From the NCBI RefSeq assembly GCF_963921235.1, contig NC_086097.1, positions 21,454,001 to 21,518,000 of the forward strand: a stretch of 64,000 nucleotides of DNA. The letters run 5' to 3'. The stretch's first letter is position 1. Each line of letters starts with the position of its first letter. This DNA is from Mobula hypostoma (Eukaryota). The translations under genes were made by a program, and so were the position numbers. The notes below the pieces were generated by a model. It was given only the letters and a program-made list of their open reading frames with translations. It was not told the origin of the DNA and ran no database searches. Positions 48,871 to 60,934 of this stretch are shown here, one piece after another.

Positions 48871-50313
48871 TATTATTATTATTTCTTTCTCTTTGTATTT
48901 GCACAGTATGTTGTCTTTTGCACACTTGCATGCCCAGTGAGTGCGGGCTTTCAATGATTTTGTTTCGGTTATTGGGTTTATTGAGTTGCCCGTAAGAAAA
49001 TGAATCTCAGGGTTGTATATGGAGACATATATGAACGTTAATAACAAATTTACTTTGAACTTTTAAACTTTGAACTTGTAAAAATAATCTTTGAGAACAT
49101 TACCAGGAAGGGTTTAGACAGACTAGCACTTTATTTCTGAGAATGTAGGAGACTGAGGGAAGAACTTACAGAAAACTATGAGGGACATATCTATCGTTTC
49201 CCCAGGGAAAGGGAGTCGTGAACTAGAAGGAGCAGGTTTGAAGCATGAAGGAAAAGAATTAAAATGGACCTGAGAGGTATCTTATTCACGCATGTATGGA
49301 GCAAGAGGAAGTGGTTGAGGCAGGTTCAGAATCAGAATCAAGTGTATTATCACTTACATATGTCATGAAACTTGTTTTGTGGTGGGAGAACAATGTAGTA
49401 CACAAAATATTACAACAGGTTGCAATAACAAAGTAAATAAATAGTGCAAAAAGAGATCAAAATAGTGAGGTTGTGTTCATGGACCATTCAGTAATCTGAT
49501 GGTGAAGGGAATGGGGCTGTTCCTAAAGAGTTGAGTGTGCTTCTTCAGGCTCTTGTACCTTCTCGCTGATAATAGGAATGAGAAGAGAGCATGTCCTGGA
49601 TGCTGAGGGTCCTTCATGATGATTCCAACCTTTGAAAGTGTCCTTAATGGTGGGGAGGCTTGTGTCTATGATCAGGAGGAGGTACCAGAGCCTTAGATCC
49701 CATATCACCAGGTTCAAGAGCAGTTAATACCCTTCAGTCATCAGGCTGCTAGACCGGAGTGGATAACTTCATTCACCCTAACAATGAACTGATTATTAAA
49801 CACACTCAATGTCAACAACTCTACAAGTCATGTCCTCAGTGTTATTCATTCAGTTGATTCATTTATTTATCAATCTATCTGTCTATCTATTTGTATATGC
49901 ACAATTTCTCCATCTTTGTGTGTAGTTTTTCATTGATTTCATTGTACTTATTTGCTTTACTGTGAATGCCTGCAAGAAAATGAATCTCAGGGTAGTATTT
50001 GGAGACATAAACATACTTTAATAACAAATTTACTTTGAACATTGAGCTTTCAACATAATGGAGCTGGCTGTGAGCGTACAACCATTTGCTGCCTCTCTAC
50101 CCTGTGCATTGGAGCCTTTGTAGCAGATGGTGATGCAACTCAGTCAGAGTGTGCTCCATGGTACATCTGTAGAAATGTGCTCGAGTCTTTGGTGACATAC
50201 CACATCTCCTCAAACTCCTCACAAAGTATAGCTGCTGGCGTGCCTCATTCGTGATTGCCTCGATATGTTGGGCTTAGGATATATCATGGGATCCAGCATA
50301 GGTTAGTAACACT

Positions 50314-51135
50314 TGTGACGGGATCCTGAATTATCCTTATGAACTTTGTTTTTAAAAAGAGAGAGAGAGAGAGTTGCTCAATACAAGCACCTTGTTATTA
50401 AGAGAGAGAGAGAGGCGAAGACTGCTCACAGTTTGTTTGGAATTTCTGCAAGGGCACTGGCAGCTTCTGTGTTCCTACAGAGAGAGAAGGGAGGAGCTGC
50501 TTGATGGACAGCTGGTGTTCAACACAACAGTACTTAAACCAGAGTAATTGCTTGTTTCACGGAGGACACACAGGCGCACAAGGGTATGGTGAAGTTACCA
50601 CTATCCTGTGCAGGTGCCCACGAGTGTGGGACTGAGGATCGATTCTGAGGGGTCGATCTGTGATTATTAGTGCGTGAAAGAGCGACCCTGTGAAGTCTAC
50701 CAGTGTGTCTAACCTTTGCCTGGGTTGGTAGACTATCACTTGAAGATGGTGCTCTTAAGTTGGTCAAGTTTGGCTAACTTGGAAGTTTCGGAGGACAACA
50801 GTAAGATTGACAGCATCAGCTCACCCGAAAAACTAAACACCTCTCTCTCTCCACCACTACTCAACTAAATACCACGAACTGAACTGAACTTTCCCATCAC
50901 CGTAAGACTGTATCCAGTTACCCCTAGGCTTGAAAAAGCTTGGTTTTTATATTTGGTATTGCTTTGCACTGCTGTAACTATATGTCATAGTTATGTGGTT
51001 CTGTCAGTGTTAGTCTTTGGTTTGTCCTGTTTTCTGTGATATCACTCTGGAGAAACATTGTATCATTTCTTAATGCATGCATGCATTTCTAAATGACAAT
51101 AAAAGAGGACTGAGTGTTCTCATAATCTAATCTAT

Positions 51136-51175
<40 letters not shown>

Positions 51176-51321
51176 TATCGTTGCTAACCTGTTTGATATA
51201 TCTGCATTTACATTACTGCATTGTGTAGTTACTCATAAATAGCATTAGTTAAAAGCAATACCAGACTCCAAAGTGTTTTCCATTTCTGCTGGTTCTTTAA
51301 CCCATCACTGGGTACATGACA
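50314..51321 (+). mobile_element. Solo LTR (Gypsy/ERV1-type) with 4-bp TSD
   Basis: cact|TGTGACG ... CATGACA|cact; contains (GA)n, (CA)n and a nested Rex-like tail at ~50955-51130. Confidence 0.8.
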
Positions 51322-51589
51322 CACTTAACAGACCTTCTTGATAAGTACATGGATAGGAAAGGTTTAGAGGGATATAGGCCAAATGCAGGCAAATGGGACT
51401 AGCTTAGATGGGAATCTTAGCCAACATGATCAAGTTAGGCTGAAGGGCCTTTTTCAATGCTGTATTACTCTGTCGCGCTATGACTCTATGGGCAAGAGGT
51501 TCATGAATGCCCAAGTGTCATAGAGTCATTGGGAGATACTGCATGGAATCAAGCTCTTTGGCCCACCGTGCTTGTGCTGAATATTAAGC

Positions 51590-52005
51590 AACCATTTCGA
51601 GAATATAAAAGCAAGGGTGTAGTGCTGAGTCTTTATAAGGCACTGGTGAGGCCTCACTTGGAGTACTTTGAGCAGTTTTGACCCCTTATCTAAGAAAGAA
51701 CGTGCCGACATTGGAGGGGGTTCATGAAAGTGATTCCCGGATTGAAAGGCTTGTCATACGAGGAGCATTTGTGGCTTGGGGCCTCTACTCACAGGAATTC
51801 AGAAGAATGGGGGTCACCTCATTGAAACCTATCAAATGTTGAAAGGCTTTGATAGAGTAGATGTGGAGAGGATGTTTCCTGTGGTGGGAGAGTCAAAGAC
51901 CAGAGGACACAGCCTCAGACTAGAGGGACGTCCTTTTACAGCAGAGATGAGGAGGAATTTCTTCAGCCAGAGAGTGGTGAATCTGTGGAATTCTTTGCCA
52001 CAGAC
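51590..52005 (+). mobile_element. CR1 3' fragment
   Basis: LYKALVRPHLEY; GHSLRLEGRPFTAEMRRNFFSQRVVNLWNSLP. Confidence 0.85.
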
Positions 52006-54775
52006 GACACTGGCTCAAGGGCTTTGGCTCGACAGGGCTTCAGTGGGAATTGGCAAGGTAAGTAGGCAAGTTGATTCCTTAGTTTTTATTTTTTCTTATT
52101 TAACTTTTGAGGGAATAGGTGGTATGTCTATAGGGCCAATGTTCTGTTCTGGGTGTCAGATGTGGGATTAACAGGAGACTCCCAGCCTCCCCGATGGTCA
52201 CATCTGCACCAGGTGCATCAAAATGCAGCTCCTTAGAGACCGTGTTAGGGAACCGGAGCTGCAGCTTGATGCCCTTTGACTTTTAGGGAAAGTCAGGAGG
52301 TGACGCACAGGAGCTACAGGAGAGGTAGTCACCCTAAGGCTACAAGAGATAGATAAGTGTGTGACTGCCAGGTAAGGGAAGGGAGAACATCAGGTAGCGG
52401 AAAGCACCCCTGTGGGCATTCCCCTCAACAATAAGTTCTTCATTTTGAGTACTTTTGAGGGGGTCAAACTACTTGGGGGAAGCAACGGGGGCCGTCGCTG
52501 TGGCACCGAGTCCGACCATGTGGCTCAGAAGGGTAGGAATCTGAAGAGGATGGCAGCAGTAATAGGGGACTCTGCAGTTGGCGGGGGGGGGGCAGATGGG
52601 TGATTCTGTGGACGTGAAAAGGAAAGGTGGATGGTAGTTTGCCTCCCAAGTGCCAGGGTCTGCAACATTTCTGAACATATCCACAATATCCTGAAAAGGG
52701 AGAGTGGGCAGCTAGAAGTTATGGTACATGTTGGTACCAACGACTTAGGTAGTAAAAGGGAGGAGCTCCTGAAAACAGAATACAGTGAGTTAGGAAGGAA
52801 GTTGAGAAGCAGGACCTCAAGGGTAGCAATATCGGAATTGCTGCCTGTGTTATTGGGAGTGGTTTAAACTAATATGGCGAGGGAATGGGATCCAGGGTGA
52901 TAGAGCCGAGGATGAGCCAGCAGGTTTACAAGTAGATGATGTAATATGTAACATGAATGTGTGATTAGATATAACCACAGACAGAGCAAAGAGCTGAGTT
53001 GTACCACAGAGGTAAAATTCAGAAGGGTGAAGAACGTAGGACTGAACGTGCTGTATTTAAATGCAAGTGGCATTCGGAATAAGGTGGACAAACTCGTGGT
53101 GCAATTAAAGATTGGTTGGTATGACGTTGTGGGCTTCACTGAGTCATGGCTGAAAGAAGGTCATAGTTGGGAGGTACATCAAAGAATATACTTTGTATCG
53201 AAAGGACGAGCAGGAAGGCCTAGGTAATGGTGTGGCTCTATTGGTAAGAGATGGAATTACATCTTTAGAAAGAGGTGACATCGGGTCACAGAATGTTGAA
53301 TCTTTGTGGGAGGAGTTAAGAAACTGCAAGGGTGAGAAAAACTATTATAGGAATCATATATAGGCCTCCAAATAGTAGCCAAGATGTGAAGTTGGGATTG
53401 CAAAGGGAGCTGGAAAAGTGCATGTAATAAGGGTAATGTCACAATTGTAATGGGGGACTTCAATATGCAAGGGGATTGGGAAAATTAGGTTGGTGTCGGA
53501 TCGCAAGAGAGGAAATTTGTTTAATGGATTTTTAGAGCAGCTTGTGCTCAAACCTGCTCGTGGAAGGGCTATCTTAGACTGTGTAATAATCCAGATCTTA
53601 TTAGGGAGTTGAACGCAAAGGAACCCTTCAGAGGCAGTGATCATAATATGATTGAATTCATACTGCAATTTGGGAGGGAGAAGCATAAGTCACATGTATC
53701 AGTATCGCAGTGAAGTTAAGGGAATTACAGAGACTTGAGAGAAGAGCTTGCCCAGGTGGACTGGAGGGGGATACTGGCAGGGATGACGGCAGAGCAGAGA
53801 TGGCTGAAGTTTCTGGGAATAGTTCACAAGGCGCAGGAAAGATATGTCCCACAGAAGAAGTTGTTCTCAAACAGCAGGGGTAGGCAACCGTGGCTGACAA
53901 GGGAAGTTAAGGACTGCATAAAAGCCAGGGAAAGGGCATATAATGTAGCAAAAGTGAGGGGGCAGTTGGATGATTGGAAAGTTTTTAAAATCCAACAAAA
54001 GCCAACTAAAAAGGCTATAAGAAGGGGAAAGATGAAATATGAGGGCAAACTAGCCAATAATATAAAGTAGGATACTAAAAGTTATTCAGTTATGTAAAGA
54101 ATAAAAGAGAGGTGAGAGTTGATATTGGACCACTGCAAAGTGATGTTGATGAGGTAGTAATGGGAGACAAAGAAATGGCAGATGAATTTAATAAGAATTT
54201 GCTTCAGTCTTTACTGTGGAAGACACTAGCTGTATACCAGAGCTCTGTAGTGTCAAGGAGCAGGAGTGAGAAGGAATAAGTGCTACGCAAATTGAAAGGT
54301 CTTAAGGTGGATAACTCACCTGGACCAGATGGACTACATCCCAGAGCTCTGAGAGAGGTTGCTGAAGAGGTAACTGATACATTGGTTATGATCTTTCAAT
54401 AATCACTTGATTCTGGCATGGTTCCGGAGAACTGGAAGTTTGCAAAAGTCACTCCACTCTTTAAGAAGAGAGGAAGACAAAAGAGAGGAAATTATAGGCC
54501 AGTGGTTGGGAAAGTGTTGGAGTCCATTATTAAGGATGAAGTTTCGCAAAACTTGGAGACTAATGATAAAGTAAGTCAAAGTCAGCATGGTTTCTGTGAA
54601 GGGAAATCGTGTCTGACAAATCTGTTGGAATTCTTCGAAGAAGTAACAAGCAGGAGAGGCAGTGGATGTCATTTAATTAGATTTTCAGAAGTCATTTGAT
54701 AAGGTGCCTCAAATGAGCCTGTTTAACAAGATAAAATCCTGGCATGGATAGAGGAATGGCTGACAGGCAGAAGGT

Positions 54776-55269
54776 CATCATCATAGCTTGTCACACCAGA
54801 CAGCCAGCCACTCTAGTGTTGTGTGGTTGATGTTGAGCAGGTCAGTGTCAGCTAACTCAAGTGAGAGTGGGCAGTTGCGCGAACGTGTTCAATGTTCTGC
54901 AGCCTTTCGCCACACTCACAGGATTTGCTGGTCTTCAAACCCCACTTCACCATATTGTCTCCCGTCCTACAAACTCCCGCTCTCGCTCTGTTGAGAGTGT
55001 ACCACTTCCATCGGTCAAGCAGCGCCTCGTCTGGCAACATTTCTGTGGGGTCTTGCACTGTATTGTTTGGTGGGGTTCTGGCTTCTGTTTGTTGCCGGAG
55101 GTTAATCCTGTATGTTTGGGGGGATGTTCTGTGCGGTAGTTCCTTCACTGTAGCAAAGCTTTTCCTCGATTTTAGGTGGTTGGAAACTGGCACATGATGG
55201 TGTAGTGGGTGCCGTGGATCCGAGTTCTGTTTACCTTTTTCAATTTTTGTTGTATGTCTTCGGATCTCT
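54776..55269 (-). mobile_element. Vingi/Ingi-like LINE 3' end nested in CR1
   Basis: HPLHHH..LKSRKSF..WYTLNRARAGVCRTGDNMVKWGL..CECG..QNIEH; (tga)n tail; 10-bp TSD ggcagRaggt at 54766-54775 and 55270-55279. Confidence 0.7.
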
Positions 55270-55536
55270 GGCAGGAGGTAGAGAGTGGGAATAAAAGGGA
55301 TCTTTTCTGGTTGGCTGCGGGTGACTCGTGGTGTTCCGCAGGTTTCGGTATGGGGACCACTACTTTTCACATTGTTTGTCAATGATTTAGATAATGGAAT
55401 TGATGGCTTTGTGGCAAAATTTACGGATGATATGAAGATAGGTGGAGCAGTAGGTCGTGCTGAGGAAGCAATGTGATTGCAGCAGGACTTAGACAAATTG
55501 GAAGACAGGGCAAAAAAGTGGCAGATGGAATACAGT

Positions 55537-55760
55537 CAACACACATCAAAGTTGTTGGTGAACGCAGCAGCCCAGGCAGCATCTCTAGGAAGAGGTACAG
55601 TCGATGTTTTGGGCCGAGACCCTTCGTCCTGACAAAGGGTCTCGGCCCGAAACGTAGACTGTACCTCTTCCTAGAGATGCTGCCTGGCCTGCTGCGTTCA
55701 CCAGCAACTTTGATGTGTGTTGCTTGAATTTCCAGCATCTGCAGAATTCCTCGTGTTTAC
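55537..55760. mobile_element. 224-bp PLE-derived palindromic insertion with two opposed HHR-like motifs
   Basis: 13-bp TSD gatggaatacagt at 55524-55536 and 55761-55773; ~90-bp inverted arms. Confidence 0.9.
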
Positions 55761-58174
55761 GATGGAATACAGTGTTGGGAAATATACCTGTATATGAAGG
55801 CAAGTTGGTAAAAAGAACAACAGTACAGACTATTATATAAATGGGGAGAAAATTCAAACATCAGAGACATAAGGGGACTTAGAAGTGCTCATGCAAAACT
55901 CCCAGAAGGTAATTCACTGGTTGAGTCTGTGGTAAAGAAGGCAAATGCAATGTTGGCATTTATTTCAAGGGGAATAGAATATAAAAGCAAGGAGATAATG
56001 CAGCACCTTTATAAGACAGTAGTCAGACTGCACTTAAGAGTAATAGTTTTGGTCCCAATATCTCAGAAAGGATGTGCTGTTATTGGAGAGAGTTCAGAGG
56101 AGGTTCAAGAAGATGATTCTGAGAATGAAAGGGTCAACATATGAGGGGCATTTGGCAGCTTTGGGCCTATACTCACTGGAATTTAGAAGAATGTGTGGGG
56201 ATCTATTTGAAACCTACTGAATGTTGACAGGACTAGATAAGGTGGATGTGGAGAGGACGTTTCCTCTGGTGCTGATATCCAGAAATAGAGCGCACAGCCT
56301 CCGAATTGAGGAGTGACCTTTTAGAACAGAAGTAAGGAAGATTTTTTTTTAACCAAAGATGGGTGAATCTGTGGAATGCTCTACCACAGACTGCGGTTGA
56401 GACCAAGTCCGTGGGTATATTTAAAGTGGAAGTTGATAGATTCCAGATTTGTAGGGGCATCAAGGGATATGGTGAGAGGGCAGGTATATGGGGTTGAATG
56501 GGATCCAGGATCAGCCATGATGAAATAGACCGGACTCGATGGGCTGAATGGCCTAATTCTGCTCCTATGTCTTATGGATTTATTGGGTGTATTTAAGGCA
56601 GAGGTTGATAGATTCTTGATTAGTCAGAGCATAAAGGGAGAAAGGAGGTGATTGGAGCGGAGAAGGAAAATGGATCAGTCATGATGAAAGGGTGGAACAG
56701 ACTCGATGGGCCAAATGGCCTTATTCTGGTGCTATATCTTATGGTCTTATTTCACACTAATTCTACACTAATCCCCACATTCCCAATAACTTCACCACAT
56801 TCCCTTTGTCCCGCAGATTCTACCTCTCACCGACACACTCAGAGCAATTTAGAATGGCCAATTAACCTGTGAGTTGACATGTTTATGGAGGTGTGGTTGT
56901 GATGGTGGGGAACCAGAGCACCCAGGACAAAGTTCACATAGTCACAGGAAAACCATGCAATCTCCACATTGACCAGTTTTGCTGCCAGGATTATCATTGC
57001 GCCACTCTCTAACAAATTGTGAAAGGCTAGTCCGCTCTGCACCAACCATATTCCCCACTGTGAAGTTCTCTTTGGCCACTGAAGTTGCCTGTATAGGTGG
57101 TGGCCGTTGTGTTGGTTTGTTTGTGGGTGGGCAACATCAGAGAGAGAAGCACCTTAAATTATCCAGAGCGTGTTCTGAGTTATGGTGACTGAAATTGTGG
57201 GATTGATTGATTCACTGAGGACGTAAATATAGAAAGGTGCCAGAAGAAGGCTAGCAATATCATGAAGGATCCTACTCGTTCTTTTAATGGACTGTTTGTC
57301 CCACTCCTATCAGGGAAGAGGGTATACTGCATCCATACCAGAATCACCAGTCTCAAAAAGTTACCTCCCCCAGCCATCAGGCTGATTAACCCCTCCAGCA
57401 CAAACCATCCCTTACCACCACTGCTTTACCACTCCTGTCAGATTCATCTAATGTACAGGTACTCCCCACCTAAAGTCATGTTATGTACATACAATCAACG
57501 TATATAAGCTAATTTTGTGTATTTATAATTATTGTCTTCTTTAGGCTTATTATGTTTTTTATGCTGCATCGGATCCGGAGTAATAATCATTTTGTTTTCT
57601 TGTGCACTTGAGTACTGAAGAACAACAATAAACTTCTTGAATCTTGAGTACAAGTATCTCGGCTATGCTGGGAGAGTTGAACTTTTGAAGAGGGGTGACA
57701 TTGAAGCCGGGTCTACCCTCACAAGTGAATACAGCAGATCTTACTGAGTGGTTGTGAAGAGGTCAGGCTGGACCTTTCTGATGCAGGGTCACAACCTGAA
57801 ATTCGTGGATAAAAAGGATTAGGTGTCATTATCTAAATTAGTTTGGCGTGGTATTGTGATCTGAATAGTCTGTTCCTGCACTGCACTGTTCTATGTTCTA
57901 TGTTCTCAGTGCTCCCCGGTAACTTCACTCACCTCAACTTTGAACTGATTCCACAACCTACAGGCTCACTTTCAAGGACTTTACACCCTTTTTTTTACTT
58001 GCACTATTTATCTTTTGCATATTGTTTGTCTTTGTTTATGTATAATTTTTCATTCTTTTATATTTCTTGACTTTCTTGTAAATGCCTGCAAGAAAATTAA
58101 TCTCAAGGTAGTATATGGTGATATGTGCCTACTTTGATAATGAATTTACTTTGACTCTGTAAGTTGGTCGATCA

Positions 58175-58254
58175 CAGGGGTTCCCAATGTTTTTTATGCC
58201 ATGGAGCCCTACCATTAACCGAGGGGTCCGTGAACTCCCGGTTGGGAACCCCTG
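58175..58254. mobile_element. 80-bp hAT/Charlie-like MITE
   Basis: Perfect 13-bp TIR caggggttcccaa / ttgggaacccctg. Confidence 0.8.
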
Positions 58255-59929
58255 TTCTGGCTCTTGCTCCAGATCTCAGACCTTCCCAATGGTTTTCCCA
58301 TTGCTCATTTTGTAACTAATCTCAGTAAGGAAAAATACTAAATTTTCTAGTCACTATCACACTACTTTTCATGGGAGCATATTGAGCTCTGATTTGATTC
58401 AGATTCATTTATTTATCACATATGCCGTACATTGAAACATACAGTGAAATGCGTTGTTTGCATTGACAATCAATACAACTTAAAGATGTGTTGGCAAATG
58501 TCACCACATATTCCGGTGTCAAATCGCCACTCCTGGTTGGCTACCACACTGAAAACAGCGACCCACTTTTCAAAATTTGTTCATTGGCTCTCCTTCCATT
58601 TTACCTCCTGCCTTCGTTCTCCATGTAAGAACGCTGTCCAGCGTCAACTGTGCAAGGGTGGGATCTGAGTCCACAGAGACGCACTCGACAGAGAGTCCAA
58701 GGCCTGCACTCGGCACAGTTACCAGCAGGGGTCGCTGCATTGCTATCAAGAGGGACCGGTCCTAGTTTAGGAATGCAGAGCAAAATAAACAAGGTGCTAG
58801 AGGAACTCAGCACGCCAGGCAGCATCTATAAAGTGCTGCATTTTCGGGCCAAGATGCTGTATCAGGACTGAGTAATCAGGATAGGAATGGAGAGGTGTAT
58901 GTCCTATCCCAGCATCCAGCTCTTTCAGTAGAGCTCGGGGACTCGGGGATCGAACCCGCCACTCTTCACATTTGCACCCTTTTACCCCTGGTTCTGGCTT
59001 TGAAATGGCACTTAAAGCTCCATCTGAGTCAAAATAATGAGTCAGGCCTTTCATTGCGAACAGGGGAATGGGACTAATGAGCTTGATGAGTGAGGATCTA
59101 ACTTTGACCTGATGGGCAGAATGGCCTCCTGCGTTATAACAATTCTATGATATTCTATATGTTCCCATTGAAGGCTGTTCCTTATTCTCTGGGAGAAGCT
59201 CATTGTGAGGCTGACTCCTCTCTCCTTGGGTCGACTCGGTCGATAGTTGCCACTGCTTGGAGCTCCTTGTAAGTTTTATAAGTGTCCAGAGCAAGGCCCT
59301 AATGTTGACGGTTTGAGGATGTCTTAAACTGAGTGTTTATACTGGGTCTTTACCATTAGAAAATCCTCTTCCACTTGCTTCATTTTTGGTTAATTAGTTT
59401 TTTCCTCATTGACAACTTTATATTCAAAGTCAAGTGTATTGTCCATGTATACACAGGTGCGATTGAAAACTTTCAGCAGCAGCACACGTACAGAGCATTA
59501 TGTAAGCCACGTTCACAAGAAAAACATAAATCATAGATTTTTTTTACAGGAATCAATATGATTAGAACACAAACGACAAAGTCCATTCTAGTGCAAAGTG
59601 ATCAGAGTGGTCATAGTGTAATTGTGATTAGGGTTAGACCATAAGATATAGGAGAAGAATAAGCCATTCAGCCCATCGAGTCTGCTCCGCCATTCCATCA
59701 TGGGTGATCCCGGATCCCACTCAACCCCACACACCTGCCTTCTTGCTGTATCCTTTGATGTCCTGACCAAACAGAATGGTTGAAGGGAAGTAGCAGTTCT
59801 GAACCTGGTGGTGTGGGTCCAAGGTTCAGTACCTCCTGCTCGGTGGTAGCTGCGATCCCATCCACAGATGGCTGTTGAGGCCAGGTCACTGGGTATATTT
59901 AGGTTGGAGGTTGATAGGTTCTTTAAGGT

Positions 59930-60460
59930 TGCCGGGAGAGGTAGTTAGGATAAGCTCCCATTACCTATTAAATGCTCCTAATGGTTTGCATCTGAAATAA
60001 CTTCTGACAGCCCAGTCCAGCTCCTGGCCTTCGTGTGCAGCTTAGCTACTAAGCCCAGAAGAATCGTTTCTACTGACAGGAGAAGGGGCAAAGGAGGGTT
60101 ACTAGTGCCTCAAACCAGTCGCTTCGGGCGGATGAGGCTCATCTAGGAGAAGGAGAACTCTGATCTCAAGCTTCCACTGCCTTGCGGCTATACCCACTCA
60201 TGGGGAAGGCTTTGGGAGTAAACCCCAAGAAAAATTCGGAAACTGGAGTCCCCAGGGCAGTCCTACGTTGGGTTGACTGGCAGCTCCTGCAATGCCGCTG
60301 GTGTCAAACTGTATCAGTCTCTGCCGTTGCTTTGGATTCATCAGCTGCGTGGAGAGGGGGAGTCTGCTGCATGGGCAACAACTTGCTCTCCGTATCGTAC
60401 TGCCCTTGCTTGCATATCACGTGGACAGCTAGGATGCAAATAACCCAACTCAATAGAGGG
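59930..60460 (+). mobile_element. Probable RTE-related non-autonomous element or 5' UTR
   Basis: Structured non-coding segment with a ctaggagaaggagaactctga motif resembling RTE leaders; recognition only. Confidence 0.45.
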
Positions 60461-60534
60461 CCTTGTGATAGGTACTTTAACTTGACTAGTAAGGGCATCA
60501 AAGATTCCAGAGAGAAAGGCAGGAAAATAAGGTT

Positions 60535-60885
60535 GAGAATGTATAAGGTAATGACGAGCATTGATCGTGTGGATAGCCAGAGGCTTTTTCCCAGGACTGA
60601 AATGGCTAACACAAGGGGTCATAGTTTTAAGGTGCTTGGAAGTAGATACAAGGGGGGATGTCAGGGGCAAGTTTTTCACACAGAGTGGCGGGCACGTGGA
60701 ATGCACTGCCAGTGAAGGTAGAGGAGGCGGATACAATAGGGTCTTTTAGGAGACTTAAATAGGTACAAGGAGCTTAGAAAAATAGAGGGCTATGTGGTAG
60801 GAAAATTCTAGGCAGTTTCTCAAGTAGGTTACATGGTCGGCACAACATTGTGGGCTGAAGGTTTCTATGTTTCTATGTATGTTTC
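60535..60885 (+). mobile_element. CR1 3' end
   Basis: Same subfamily as 4815-5155; (tttctatg)n tail. Confidence 0.85.
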
Positions 60886-60934
60886 TAATAAATCAGCCAT
60901 GATGGAATGGGAAGCAGACTTAAAGTAGCCTTAG

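Larger units (their letters stand above)
52010..56580 (+). mobile_element. Near full-length decayed CR1 LINE (ORF1 zinc finger and esterase, ORF2 APE-RT, 3' UTR)
   Basis: CSGCQMW..HICTRC; MVHVGTNDLG; LYLNASGIRNKVDKL; VTPLFKK; SCLTNLLEFFE; GVPQVSVWGPLLF..KFTDDMKIG; CR1 tail. Confidence 0.9.

Noticed and set aside
54852..55496. 214-aa ORF as a novel chimeric protein
   Set aside because: Chance fusion of antisense CR1 with the nested LINE C-terminus across a TSD
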